Source: Minisyncoccota bacterium
Lineage (GTDB): Bacteria > Patescibacteriota > Minisyncoccia > Phycocordibacterales > SBAW01
DNA: 64,000 nt
NCBI GenBank assembly: GCA_035549255.1
Contig: DASZRD010000005.1
Coordinates: 58-64,057, forward strand
Reading direction: 5' to 3'
The notes below the pieces were generated by a model. That model saw nothing but the letters and a program-made list of their open reading frames with translations. It was not told the DNA's origin and did no database searches. Position numbers and translations under genes: made by a program. Below are positions 54,523 to 63,264 of this stretch, in pieces. Each line of letters starts with the position of its first letter. The first letter of the stretch is position 1.

Positions 54523-57083
54523 AATAAGGTAGGCCGGGCCTCGGTCGGCGCAATCGAAGCGGAGGTCTCGGCGGTACGCGCCTCATCCGGAATAAGCGAG
54601 GCGTGCAGAGCGCCCGGAAGCTGCGGGGAGACCTCCGCGATCGTAAGCGGGGACGGGACCGGCACGAGGATGTCGCTTTGATAGAACCGCTTCGTCTCCC
54701 CCGCCTTGCGGAACTTATTCCAGCCCGCGCCGCTGCCCTCGATCGCGCGGATGACGCCGCGCATGACACTAAAGTAGAGAAGCTGCCGGTAGACCACCCG
54801 CTGCAGGGGCACGCCGATCATGAGGCGGCCCGCGCCGGGCTCCTTCCAGACGCCCCAGGCGGCATAGGCCATGTCGAAGGCGGTAAATAAGAGGAACGGC
54901 ACGAGAAGCGTGCGCATCTGGCCGAAAAGGAGGCCGAATACGAACGCCGCGTCAGTGAAGGGGTACGCGAGCGGCAGCAGGATATTGTAGATAAACACGT
55001 TGGGAAGCACGATAAGGGTCATGGGCGAGAACGGCCGCTCGAGCGCGACGCGCTTGTGCTTCCAGACGCATTGCATGGTGCCATAGACCCAGCGGAAGCG
55101 CTGCTTGAGGAAATTCTTTACCGTATGCGGCGTCTCGGTGTAGGCGATGGCCTGCGGCTCATAGACGACGCGCTTTCCCGAGCGCAGCACGGTGAGCGTC
55201 ATGTCCTGGTCCTCGACCAGCGTATCGGTCGAAAAGCCACCGAATTGCATGAGATACGACTTGCGCCACGCGCCCGCGGGCCCGGGCACGATGCCGACCG
55301 CGCCGATAGTCGAGAACGCGCGCTTGTCGATGTTCTGGCCGATCGCGTATTCGAGGGTCTGGAAAATGTCGAGCATGCGGCGGCTGCCCGTGGTGCGGAC
55401 CTTCCCCGCGACCGCGCCCACCCGCGGGTCGCTGAAGTGCTTTACGAAGTGCGCGAGCGCCCGGCGCTCAAGCACAGCGTCGGCGTCGAGAACCGCGATG
55501 ATATCGTACTTCGCGTGCTTGATGCCGATATTGAGCGCGCGGGCCTTGCCGCCGTTCTCCAGGCTCATGAGGCAGATATCGTCGTGCGGATATGCCTCGA
55601 TGACGTTGCGGACTTCCTGCGCGGTTTTGTCATATGAGCCATCGTCGAGCACGATAATCTCGCGCTTGGGGTACGAGCTGCGAATGACGCTCTCGACGGT
55701 CGCGGCGATATTCTCCTCCTCGTTATAGGCGGGGATAAGCACGGATACGCCTGCGACCTCGCGCACCTCGGGAATGATCTCCTTATAGAGGCCGCGCATG
55801 CGGCCGTACATGATGAGCGAGATGAGCGACAGCGAGCGGACGCCGACAAGCGCGAGCGTGAAGATCGCGAGCCCCATAAGGCCGCGGTAGATGATCGGGA
55901 AGAAATATATATAGAGGCTGCGCATGGCTTCGCCCAGCCCCAAGAGCGCGATGACCGCCCATGCGCTCCAGCCCGCGGCCGCCCCAGGGGCGGCCGCGGG
56001 CGCCGCTGCGAGCGCGGACTCGAGCGACATCGAGTGGATAAGGTTGCGGGTCGCCTGGTCGGCCTTGCCGGCGCGGGACGGGTCGGGGTTGCCCGAATCG
56101 ACAAGCTTGTTGGCGGTCTGAAAGTTGAGCAGCGCCGCGCGCGTCGCTGCGTCGAATACGCCGGTAAGCGCGTACGGGTCGAGGTACTTCTGCATATAAA
56201 GGAACCATTGGAGCTGCGATACCGCGCCGCCGGTTGTGGCATCAGTCGCGCCGAGCGCAAGCGTCGAAGGAAGCGAGATCGTCGTAGGCGGCGTCAGGAG
56301 CGAGGAGAGCGGCACGACGCTGTAGCCGTGGTCTTTGAGATAGCCGAGAATCGCAGGCAGGGCCTTGGCGGTCGCCACGTCCTCATGAAGGAGGATGATG
56401 TGGCCGTTGGGTTTCTCCGCAAGCGCGCGGTCAAGGTCAGCGACCATTTGCGGCGTCGTAGTCGCATACCACTTGGTCGGATCGATGTCGGCACCCACCG
56501 GCAGATACCCGAGCTCGAGGGACCACAGGAGGTCTTTGGGCGGCGGCACATAAGGGTTGAGGGTCGGGTCGGACCCGACGCCGGAGAGATACGGCGGACG
56601 GTAGAAGAGCGGCTGCTGCCCCGTGATCTGCGAGATAAGATACCCGGTCGAGTTGAGCTCGAGCGCAAGGCGCTTGTAGGAAGACTGCGCGTCCCGGGCA
56701 TGCGTGAAGGAAAGGTTCCCGACCGTAAAGCCGTCATCGCTCGCCTCCTTGACCAAGTCGGGCCGCGTGAGCACATCCTTTCCTATATAGAAGAACGTTG
56801 CCGGCACACCCTCCTTCGATAGTTCGTTGAAGAAGAGCTGCGACGCATCGGGCGTCGGACCGTCGTCTATCGTGAGCGCGACCTTGTCGGCATTCGCCGC
56901 GCTGAAGTAGTAGTGATAGCGCTCGGCGATATCCGCATACGGAAGCGAGGCGCGCCCGGCGGTAGTGCTCGCGAGGCCGAACAAAAAAATAAGAACGAAC
57001 GAAAGGAGAAAGAATATGAAAAAGACCGCAGCGGCCCTGAAATATAGTTTGCGTCGTTTAGAGGTATCGAAAAATACAGGCAT
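54519..57083 (-). CDS. fused polysaccharide deacetylase (NodB) / peptidoglycan-binding domain / processive family-2 glycosyltransferase (PgaC/IcaA-like synthase)
   Basis: N-terminal TM; NodB (ALTIDDGPT, HIILLHED); PG_binding_1-like (AVSQLQWFLYMQKYL...GVFDAATRAALLNFQ); TM block; GT2 (VLIPAYNEEENI, DADAVLE, QRFRWVYG = QxxRW); C-terminal TMs. Confidence 0.85.
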   Translation of the reverse strand: MPVFFDTSKRRKLYFRAAAVFFIFFLLSFVLIFLFGLASTTAGRASLPYADIAERYHYYFSAANADKVALTIDDGPTPDASQLFFNELSKEGVPATFFYIGKDVLTRPDLVKEASDDGFTVGNLSFTHARDAQSSYKRLALELNSTGYLISQITGQQPLFYRPPYLSGVGSDPTLNPYVPPPKDLLWSLELGYLPVGADIDPTKWYATTTPQMVADLDRALAEKPNGHIILLHEDVATAKALPAILGYLKDHGYSVVPLSSLLTPPTTISLPSTLALGATDATTGGAVSQLQWFLYMQKYLDPYALTGVFDAATRAALLNFQTANKLVDSGNPDPSRAGKADQATRNLIHSMSLESALAAAPAAAPGAAAGWSAWAVIALLGLGEAMRSLYIYFFPIIYRGLMGLAIFTLALVGVRSLSLISLIMYGRMRGLYKEIIPEVREVAGVSVLIPAYNEEENIAATVESVIRSSYPKREIIVLDDGSYDKTAQEVRNVIEAYPHDDICLMSLENGGKARALNIGIKHAKYDIIAVLDADAVLERRALAHFVKHFSDPRVGAVAGKVRTTGSRRMLDIFQTLEYAIGQNIDKRAFSTIGAVGIVPGPAGAWRKSYLMQFGGFSTDTLVEDQDMTLTVLRSGKRVVYEPQAIAYTETPHTVKNFLKQRFRWVYGTMQCVWKHKRVALERPFSPMTLIVLPNVFIYNILLPLAYPFTDAAFVFGLLFGQMRTLLVPFLLFTAFDMAYAAWGVWKEPGAGRLMIGVPLQRVVYRQLLYFSVMRGVIRAIEGSGAGWNKFRKAGETKRFYQSDILVPVPSPLTIAEVSPQLPGALHASLIPDEARTAETSASIAPTEARPTLL

Positions 57084-57245
57084 ACAGCCGAGACAGCATT
57101 GTTGCTGCGGCTGGTTCCCCCGGTTATGCGGTTATTGCGCACGCATACTGGATGATGCGCGCACACCAAAAGTATAGCGCATATCGCAGAGGTGTATAGC
57201 GTAAACCGGTGTGGAAATCAGAATCGTATATATTGGAGTACAGAT

Positions 57246-57325
57246 ATAAAAAAGAACAAGGTCGAGGCGGGCCCAAAACCCTGGGAAACCAGCCATAAGC
57301 TGGAGCTTTTGGGCCCACCTCGACC
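57246..57325 (-). promoter_or_regulatory. intrinsic-terminator-like hairpin inside the 5' leader of the synthase gene (candidate attenuator/riboswitch expression platform)
   Basis: 19-bp inverted repeat GGTCGAGGCGGGCCCAAAA / TTTTGGGCCCACCTCGACC (one mismatch) at 57260..57278 and 57307..57325, followed on the minus strand by TTGTTCTTTTTTAT. Lies about 165 nt upstream of the synthase ATG and is preceded by a second hairpin plus U-run (57359..57390). Confidence 0.45.
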
Positions 57326-57623
57326 TCGTATCTTTTGGAAGAACGCCTTCCCGTAAAAACAAATCGAAGCTCTTCTTCGGAGTAAAGAGCTTCGCCGCGC
57401 ATACTACTCGAGGCAGATTTCTTGTATAGATTGTCAGCGCAAAATTTTCGTCGCCGAATGTCGCGTGAGAGTTGCGAAAATAAAAATTTGTATCGCGCTA
57501 TCGCACGTCTCTTGTAATTTGAAATGCGCGTGCTATTTTGCCTCCTACCAAAGCAGCTCTGGGAAACTGCCGTGGGACGTGTTTTTCTCTTGTCCTTTAT
57601 TCATTAGGTATTAACCAGAGCTT

Positions 57624-60600
57624 ATGTCTCTCATTAAAGAGGGCGCGCTCGCGCGCCTGGGACGTGCTGTGTTCTCTCTTACTAACGTTCGTGCAAGCGG
57701 ATTGGTCGTGTCCGCGCTTTTTGCATTGGCAGTTGTCGTAGCGCCGACCGCAGCAATGGCTGCAACATTCACCAGCATTACTGCATCCGATGCTTCAGGT
57801 ACTTATGGAGGAACAGTAAACCTTTCCGCAACTCTACAATATTATTCTGGTGGTTTTCACGCACTAACCGGAAAAACAGTCACGTTCAAACTCAATGGAA
57901 CGACAGTTGGTGCTACTACTACTGACAGTAGCGGTAAAGCAACTCTAAATAACGTCAGTTTGAGTGGCATTAACGCAAATACCTATAATTCTGGAGTCTC
58001 AGCAAGCTTTGCGGGTGATTCTACCTATTCATCAGATAGTGATACTTCAAAACTCACGGTCTCGAAGGCTAACCCGACCCTCTCGGTAACAAACTCCCCG
58101 CAGGCTTACACTGGCTCGCCTATTGCGGCGGCAGTGAGTGGCTCGGTTGCTGGCACAGTAAGCAATGTAAAGTACAACAACTCGTCAACAGTTCCCACAA
58201 ACGCAGGAACGTACCCGATTACCGCAAGCTTTGCGCCGACCGACACCACCAACTACAACTCTCTCTCAAGCGCCTCAGCTGGTAGCTTTGTCATCACCGG
58301 CGCTCCTACCAAGGCAAATACACTTACTGTTATTACCTCCGACACGCCGGATCCTTCGAATACGAATGCGGCTTACACGGTCAACGTGAGCGTCGGGCGC
58401 CTCTCTGGTACCAATAGCCCGAGCGGCACCGTAACGGTATCGGATGGCTCGGCGACTTGCGCCGCTACCCTCTCCGGCTCTTCGGCAACCACGACCGGCT
58501 CCTGCCAGCTCACCTCAACTACGTCTGGCTCCAAGACGCTTACGGCGACGTACAGCGGCGATACCAACTTCAATACGAGCTCGGGCACCGCGTCGCACAC
58601 GGTTAATAACGTCGCAGGTCCTGACTGCAGCAACTTCGTCGACCTCGCACACAACCTTATTAACAATCCCTGCCTTGAAACCGGCTCTGCATGGAATGGC
58701 ACGACCGGCGGCCCCGATAACTGGTCCTTCTATTCTGCAGGCGTTACGGGCGGCGCGACATATCCGGCCACGTCGTACCATTCGGGTACGGGTGCAGCCG
58801 AGGTTCATATAAGCGCGATCAATTCCCCTGCCGATCCGAATAATCCTCCGCAGGCGCAATGGGGATTCAATCCAGTCAACAACATTACTCCAGGCGCCAA
58901 TTACCAGTTCAGCTTCTGGTACAACTCCAACGTCGATAGCGAAGTAGACGCCGAGTACGACACGGCGAGCGGCCCGATCTACACGCAAGTGCGCTCCAAC
59001 CTCCCATCGACCAATGGCGCATGGGTGCAGTTCACGACGAACATCATCCCGCCGGCCGGAACGACAGCGATGTCTATAACGCCGCTTATCAGCAAGGTCG
59101 GCAATCTCACGGTCGACGACTTCTCGCTTGTGCAGGAAGCCGATCCCAATGCCTTTGCGACGGGCATGGTATCGCTCAACTTCGATGACGGCCTTGCAAG
59201 CTTCTGGAATTACGCGACCAGCACGCTCAACGCGGCGGGCATCAAGGCGACCGAATACATCATTACCGGCGCATCCGGCAGCGATGTGACAAATCCCAAT
59301 CCGAGCAGCGGCTACCTCTCGCGCACGCAGATTCAGGCACTCGCTGCAGCGGGTTACGACATTGGCGACCACACCACCGACCATGCCGACCTCACCAACC
59401 TGAGCTCGGGCCAGACGCTTACCTCCGAAATAAATAACTCGGTAGCGGCGCTCAACAATATCGGCATCTCGTCCGTCAGCACCATCGCTTATCCGTACGG
59501 AACATACAATCAGGCGGTTGAAAGCCAAGTGCTGCATGTTCCGCTTCTTGCGGGCCGCAGCGTCGATGACGGCTTCAATGACAAGAAGACTGATCCATAT
59601 GCTCTGCGCATCAAGGAAGTCTTCGATACAACATCAGTATCACAAGTAGAAAGCTGGATTGATGAGGCTAATGCGAATAATGAGTGGCTGATCCTGCTCT
59701 TCCACACCGTGGACAAAGACAGTGCAAACGGCCTGGATTGCACCAGCGGTACGCCTAACACCAACAATCCTCAGGAGTGCGTCACCACTGCCAATCTCCA
59801 GGCGATTGTAAGCCACCTCAACAGCACCCACACGCACACCGTTACCATGTCGCAAGGCATCGGGATCATGAACGGCACCTCCGTCATCGATCAGACTGCG
59901 CCGACCGTCACTGTTCCTTCGAACATAAGCGTTCCCGCAACGTCGCAAGCCGGCGCAACCGTAACCTTCTCCGTCACAGCAACCGATAATATCGACCTCA
60001 ACCCTTCGATCCTCTGCATGCCGGCATCGGGCTCGGTATTCGCGTTCGGGACCACGACAGTCGGCTGCTCGGCCACAGACGCGAGCGGCAATAAGTCTGC
60101 TACTTCGACCTTCGACGTAGGCGTCTATAAGCCGACCCTTACTATCACCGCCGACAATCAAACAACAACCTTCGGCTATACCACTGAGCCCACATACACT
60201 GTTACGATTACCGGCTTCCAGGGTACCGATGATGCAACTGTTCTTACAACGCAGCCGACCTGCTCGGTCGCGGTTGATCACAGTGCGGTCGGCACCTACC
60301 CGATCACTTGTTCCGGGGCGGCCGATACCGACGGCATCTACGTATTCAATTACGTAAATGGCACGCTCACGGTCGCGCCGGTAGATGGCACGGTGGTGCT
60401 GAACAATCTCACCCAGACCTATGACGGCACGCCTAAGGCGGTCGCAACCTCGACTGGCGATGTCGTACTCTCGGTTACCGTTACATACGCGGGCACGGGC
60501 GGCACAACCTACGCGCTCTCGACGGTGCCTCCGACCGATGCGGGTACCTATGACGTGGTCGCAACCATCGACGCGGGCCAGAGCTACAGCGGCTCGGCCG

Positions 60601-62411
60601 AAGGCACACTCACAATCGCCAAGGCGGCGGTCGACGGGGCAGAGAGCCTCAACCAGTCTATCGATGTCGTTGAGAATTCGACCAACAATCCGATCACGCT
60701 CGGCACGCTCGACTCGCTCACTTCGCCCGCATGGACGATCGCGACGCAGCCGACCAGCGGCACGATCGGCGGCACCGCTCCGGCGGTCACGTATACGCCG
60801 GCGGCGGACTTCTACGGCAGCGACTCATTCTCCTTCACGGTCGGCGACGCCAACCACGTAAGCGGCACCGCCACGGTGAATATCATGGTGCACCCGGCTC
60901 CGGGCTGCCCGAGCGGCTACACTGCTAACGGCACCGGCGGCTGTGACCCGGCCAATACAACGGTACCGGTCGTCTGCCCCAACGGCACGGCGTACAACGC
61001 CACCGACAATATGTGCGAGGATACTCAGACTTCGGTTGCGCCGACCGACACGCTCACCTGCCCTGATGGATCGACGCTCGACGGCACCCAGTGCGACACG
61101 ACGACCACGACGACCCAAAGCCCGACCTGCGGCGACGGCAGCGAGTTCTCCTACGACGCCGACAACAATACCTGCGTCCCGACCGACCCGAACGATACGA
61201 CCACGCCTCCGTCCCCGACATGCGCGCAGGGCATGCTCAACGGACAGAACCAGTGCGAGGTCGACACAACTACGCAGACCCCAGCCCAGGACAACCTTAC
61301 CTGCCCCGACGGCTACACGCTCAACAGCAACGAGTGCGACCCGGCACCGATCGCCCCGACTGCGCCGACTTGCCCGGCCAACTCGACCGACAACGGTGAC
61401 GGCACGTGCGCCACGCAGACGATCGCCCTGCAGTGCATTACGGGCTACCATCTCGACGACGCCACCGGCATGTGCGATGCCGACGTGCTCTATGCCATCA
61501 CCGCTTCGACGGGAGACAACGGCTCCATCAGCCCTTCGGGCTCGGTCTCGGTCGTCGAGCACGCGTCGCAGAGCTTCTCTATTGCGGCCAACTCCGGCTA
61601 CCACATTAGCGACGTAGTGGTCGATGGCTCATCGGTCGGCGCGGTCTCAAGCTACAGCTTCTCTGACATCGGCGCGGACCATACGATCTCGGCATCCTTC
61701 GCGCAGGATGCGGCCCCGGCAGCAGTCGGCGGCGGCGGAGGTGGCGGAGGCGGTGGCATCCTCTACTACGGCAATGTGTCCATCAATAATGGCGCGGCCG
61801 AGACCAGCTCGCCGAACGTGACACTCACCGTCACGGCGACCGGGGGCCTCAGCCAGGTATGGCTCTCCAACGATTCTTCCTTCTCGACCGGCACCTGGCA
61901 GCCGATCCAGAGCCCCATCCAGTGGACGCTTGCGTCGGGCGCAGGTCAGAAGACCATCTATGCCCGCTTCGGCATCGCAAGCAGCACGTATGCCAACGCG
62001 CAGGCGAGCATCCAGCTGACCTCCGGCGGCGTTGTCCTTGGCGCATCGATCCAGATCCTCACTGACGCGCAGATCGCCGCGATCCTCAACCTTCTCACCT
62101 CGTTCAACGCCGACCAGTCCGTCATCGACTCGGTCAACGCGGCGCTCCATGGCGAAGCGACAAGCGGCACTGGCGGCAGCGCGACCTCAGACGGGTTCGT
62201 CTTCACACAGACCCTCCAGGTAGGCTCGACCGGCAACCAAGTCACCGAGCTCCAGAAGCGCCTTACGGCCGAAGGCGTCTACTCGGGACCGATCACCGGC
62301 TACTTCGGAGCACTCACCAAGGCAGGCGTCATCGCTTACCAAGCGAAGAAGGGTCTTCCGCAAGTTGGCATTGTAGGACCGATGACGCGCGCAGCGCTCA
62401 ACGGGCAATAA
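57624..62411 (+). CDS. giant multidomain surface protein (1595 aa): Ig-like repeats, NodB polysaccharide deacetylase, HYR domain, Cys-pair tandem repeats, poly-Gly, C-terminal peptidoglycan-binding domain
   Basis: Signal/TM anchor; Big-like domains; NodB (SLNFDDGL, DIGDHTTDHAD); HYR-like (APTVTVPSNISVPATSQAGATVTFSVTATD...); six CP.G-x-C Cys-pair modules; GGGGGGGGG; PG_binding_1 (GSTGNQVTELQKRLTAEGVYSGPITGYFGALTKAGVIAYQ). Confidence 0.9.
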   Translation: MSLIKEGALARLGRAVFSLTNVRASGLVVSALFALAVVVAPTAAMAATFTSITASDASGTYGGTVNLSATLQYYSGGFHALTGKTVTFKLNGTTVGATTTDSSGKATLNNVSLSGINANTYNSGVSASFAGDSTYSSDSDTSKLTVSKANPTLSVTNSPQAYTGSPIAAAVSGSVAGTVSNVKYNNSSTVPTNAGTYPITASFAPTDTTNYNSLSSASAGSFVITGAPTKANTLTVITSDTPDPSNTNAAYTVNVSVGRLSGTNSPSGTVTVSDGSATCAATLSGSSATTTGSCQLTSTTSGSKTLTATYSGDTNFNTSSGTASHTVNNVAGPDCSNFVDLAHNLINNPCLETGSAWNGTTGGPDNWSFYSAGVTGGATYPATSYHSGTGAAEVHISAINSPADPNNPPQAQWGFNPVNNITPGANYQFSFWYNSNVDSEVDAEYDTASGPIYTQVRSNLPSTNGAWVQFTTNIIPPAGTTAMSITPLISKVGNLTVDDFSLVQEADPNAFATGMVSLNFDDGLASFWNYATSTLNAAGIKATEYIITGASGSDVTNPNPSSGYLSRTQIQALAAAGYDIGDHTTDHADLTNLSSGQTLTSEINNSVAALNNIGISSVSTIAYPYGTYNQAVESQVLHVPLLAGRSVDDGFNDKKTDPYALRIKEVFDTTSVSQVESWIDEANANNEWLILLFHTVDKDSANGLDCTSGTPNTNNPQECVTTANLQAIVSHLNSTHTHTVTMSQGIGIMNGTSVIDQTAPTVTVPSNISVPATSQAGATVTFSVTATDNIDLNPSILCMPASGSVFAFGTTTVGCSATDASGNKSATSTFDVGVYKPTLTITADNQTTTFGYTTEPTYTVTITGFQGTDDATVLTTQPTCSVAVDHSAVGTYPITCSGAADTDGIYVFNYVNGTLTVAPVDGTVVLNNLTQTYDGTPKAVATSTGDVVLSVTVTYAGTGGTTYALSTVPPTDAGTYDVVATIDAGQSYSGSAEGTLTIAKAAVDGAESLNQSIDVVENSTNNPITLGTLDSLTSPAWTIATQPTSGTIGGTAPAVTYTPAADFYGSDSFSFTVGDANHVSGTATVNIMVHPAPGCPSGYTANGTGGCDPANTTVPVVCPNGTAYNATDNMCEDTQTSVAPTDTLTCPDGSTLDGTQCDTTTTTTQSPTCGDGSEFSYDADNNTCVPTDPNDTTTPPSPTCAQGMLNGQNQCEVDTTTQTPAQDNLTCPDGYTLNSNECDPAPIAPTAPTCPANSTDNGDGTCATQTIALQCITGYHLDDATGMCDADVLYAITASTGDNGSISPSGSVSVVEHASQSFSIAANSGYHISDVVVDGSSVGAVSSYSFSDIGADHTISASFAQDAAPAAVGGGGGGGGGGILYYGNVSINNGAAETSSPNVTLTVTATGGLSQVWLSNDSSFSTGTWQPIQSPIQWTLASGAGQKTIYARFGIASSTYANAQASIQLTSGGVVLGASIQILTDAQIAAILNLLTSFNADQSVIDSVNAALHGEATSGTGGSATSDGFVFTQTLQVGSTGNQVTELQKRLTAEGVYSGPITGYFGALTKAGVIAYQAKKGLPQVGIVGPMTRAALNGQ
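60904..61487 (+). repeat. tandem array of about six ~30-codon Cys-pair modules (CPxGxxLDGTxCD-like) inside the giant gene
   Basis: Repeated at protein and DNA level (CPSGYTANGTGGCD, CPNGTAYNATDNMCE, CPDGSTLDGTQCD, CGDGSEFSYDADNNTC, CAQGMLNGQNQCE, CPDGYTLNSNECD, CPANSTDNGDGTC, CITGYHLDDATGMCD). Confidence 0.7.
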
Positions 62412-62444
62412 AATAGACAACTAAGAAGTTACTAGGTCAATAGC

Positions 62445-62478
62445 AAAAAACGCCTTACTTTGAGGCGTTTTTTGCTAT
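62445..62478 (+). terminator. intrinsic terminator after the giant gene (AACGCCT hairpin plus TTTTTT)
   Basis: AAAAAACGCCTtactttgAGGCGTTTTTTGCTATT; A-tract upstream makes it potentially bidirectional. Confidence 0.65.
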
Positions 62479-62568
62479 TATGAAGAAGCTTCCTAAAATC
62501 TTCATGTAAGCTGTGCCACTATTATCTCGTCATTTGTTCGTAGGTTACCGGTTAACCATGAAGATGCT

Positions 62569-63264
62569 ATGCACTTACTTATCGTAGAAGACGAAGAGAA
62601 GCTGGCGAAGGCCTTGCAGAAGGGCCTCACCATGAAAGGGTTCGCCGTCGACTGGCTGCCCGACCCGGAGAAGGCGCGCAACCGCATTCTCCTCTACAAA
62701 AACGAGTATGACCTCATACTGCTCGACCTCATGCTCCCCGGCCTCGACGGGGCGACCATCACCGAGGACGTGCGCAAGGCCAACGTCACGACGCCGATCA
62801 TTATCCTGACCGCGCGCAACGAGACCGAGCACAAGGTCGATCTTCTCAATAAGGGTGCCGACGACTATATCGTGAAGCCCTTCTCCTTCGAGGAGCTCCT
62901 GGCGCGCATCAACTCCGTCCTGCGCCGCCCGACCGTGGCGCAAGCGACCATACTCAAGGTGGGCCCGCTCGAGATGGATACGGCCGCGCGCGTGGTGCGC
63001 CGCGACGGCAAGGAGGTGCCGCTTACGCTCAAAGAATTCTCGCTCCTCGAGTGCTTCATGCGCGAGCCGGGCGTCGTGCTCTCGCGCGAGAAGCTCTTCG
63101 ACCATGTGTGGGACTTCAACGCGCTCTCCTGGAGCAACGTGCTTGACGTGCATATGAAAAATCTTCGTAAGAAACTGAACAATGAAGACGATAACGGCGA
63201 TCAACGACTATTTGAGACAGTTCGAGGCGTGGGCTACCGCTTGGCGGGAGAAGTACGAAGCTGA
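62569..63264 (+). CDS. OmpR/PhoB-family response regulator
   Basis: Receiver (LLIVEDEEKLAKAL ... LILLDLMLPGLDG ... K102-like VKPF) and winged-helix C-domain (ETVRGVGYRL). Track coordinates used. Confidence 0.9.
   Translation: MHLLIVEDEEKLAKALQKGLTMKGFAVDWLPDPEKARNRILLYKNEYDLILLDLMLPGLDGATITEDVRKANVTTPIIILTARNETEHKVDLLNKGADDYIVKPFSFEELLARINSVLRRPTVAQATILKVGPLEMDTAARVVRRDGKEVPLTLKEFSLLECFMREPGVVLSREKLFDHVWDFNALSWSNVLDVHMKNLRKKLNNEDDNGDQRLFETVRGVGYRLAGEVRS

Noticed and set aside
57124-57402. 92-aa and 76-aa minus-strand ORFs in the synthase/giant-gene intergenic region
   Set aside because: They span the 19-bp inverted-repeat terminator hairpin and U-tract and have no RBS; treated as non-coding leader.
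62557-62641. Apparent one-nucleotide frame discrepancy when hand-counting the response-regulator start (ATG counted at 62568 versus track 62569; GGGTTTCGCC junction)
   Set aside because: Most likely my own column-counting error at a line break; the protein in the ORF track is continuous and full-length OmpR-like, so track coordinates were used and no frameshift or pseudogene was called.
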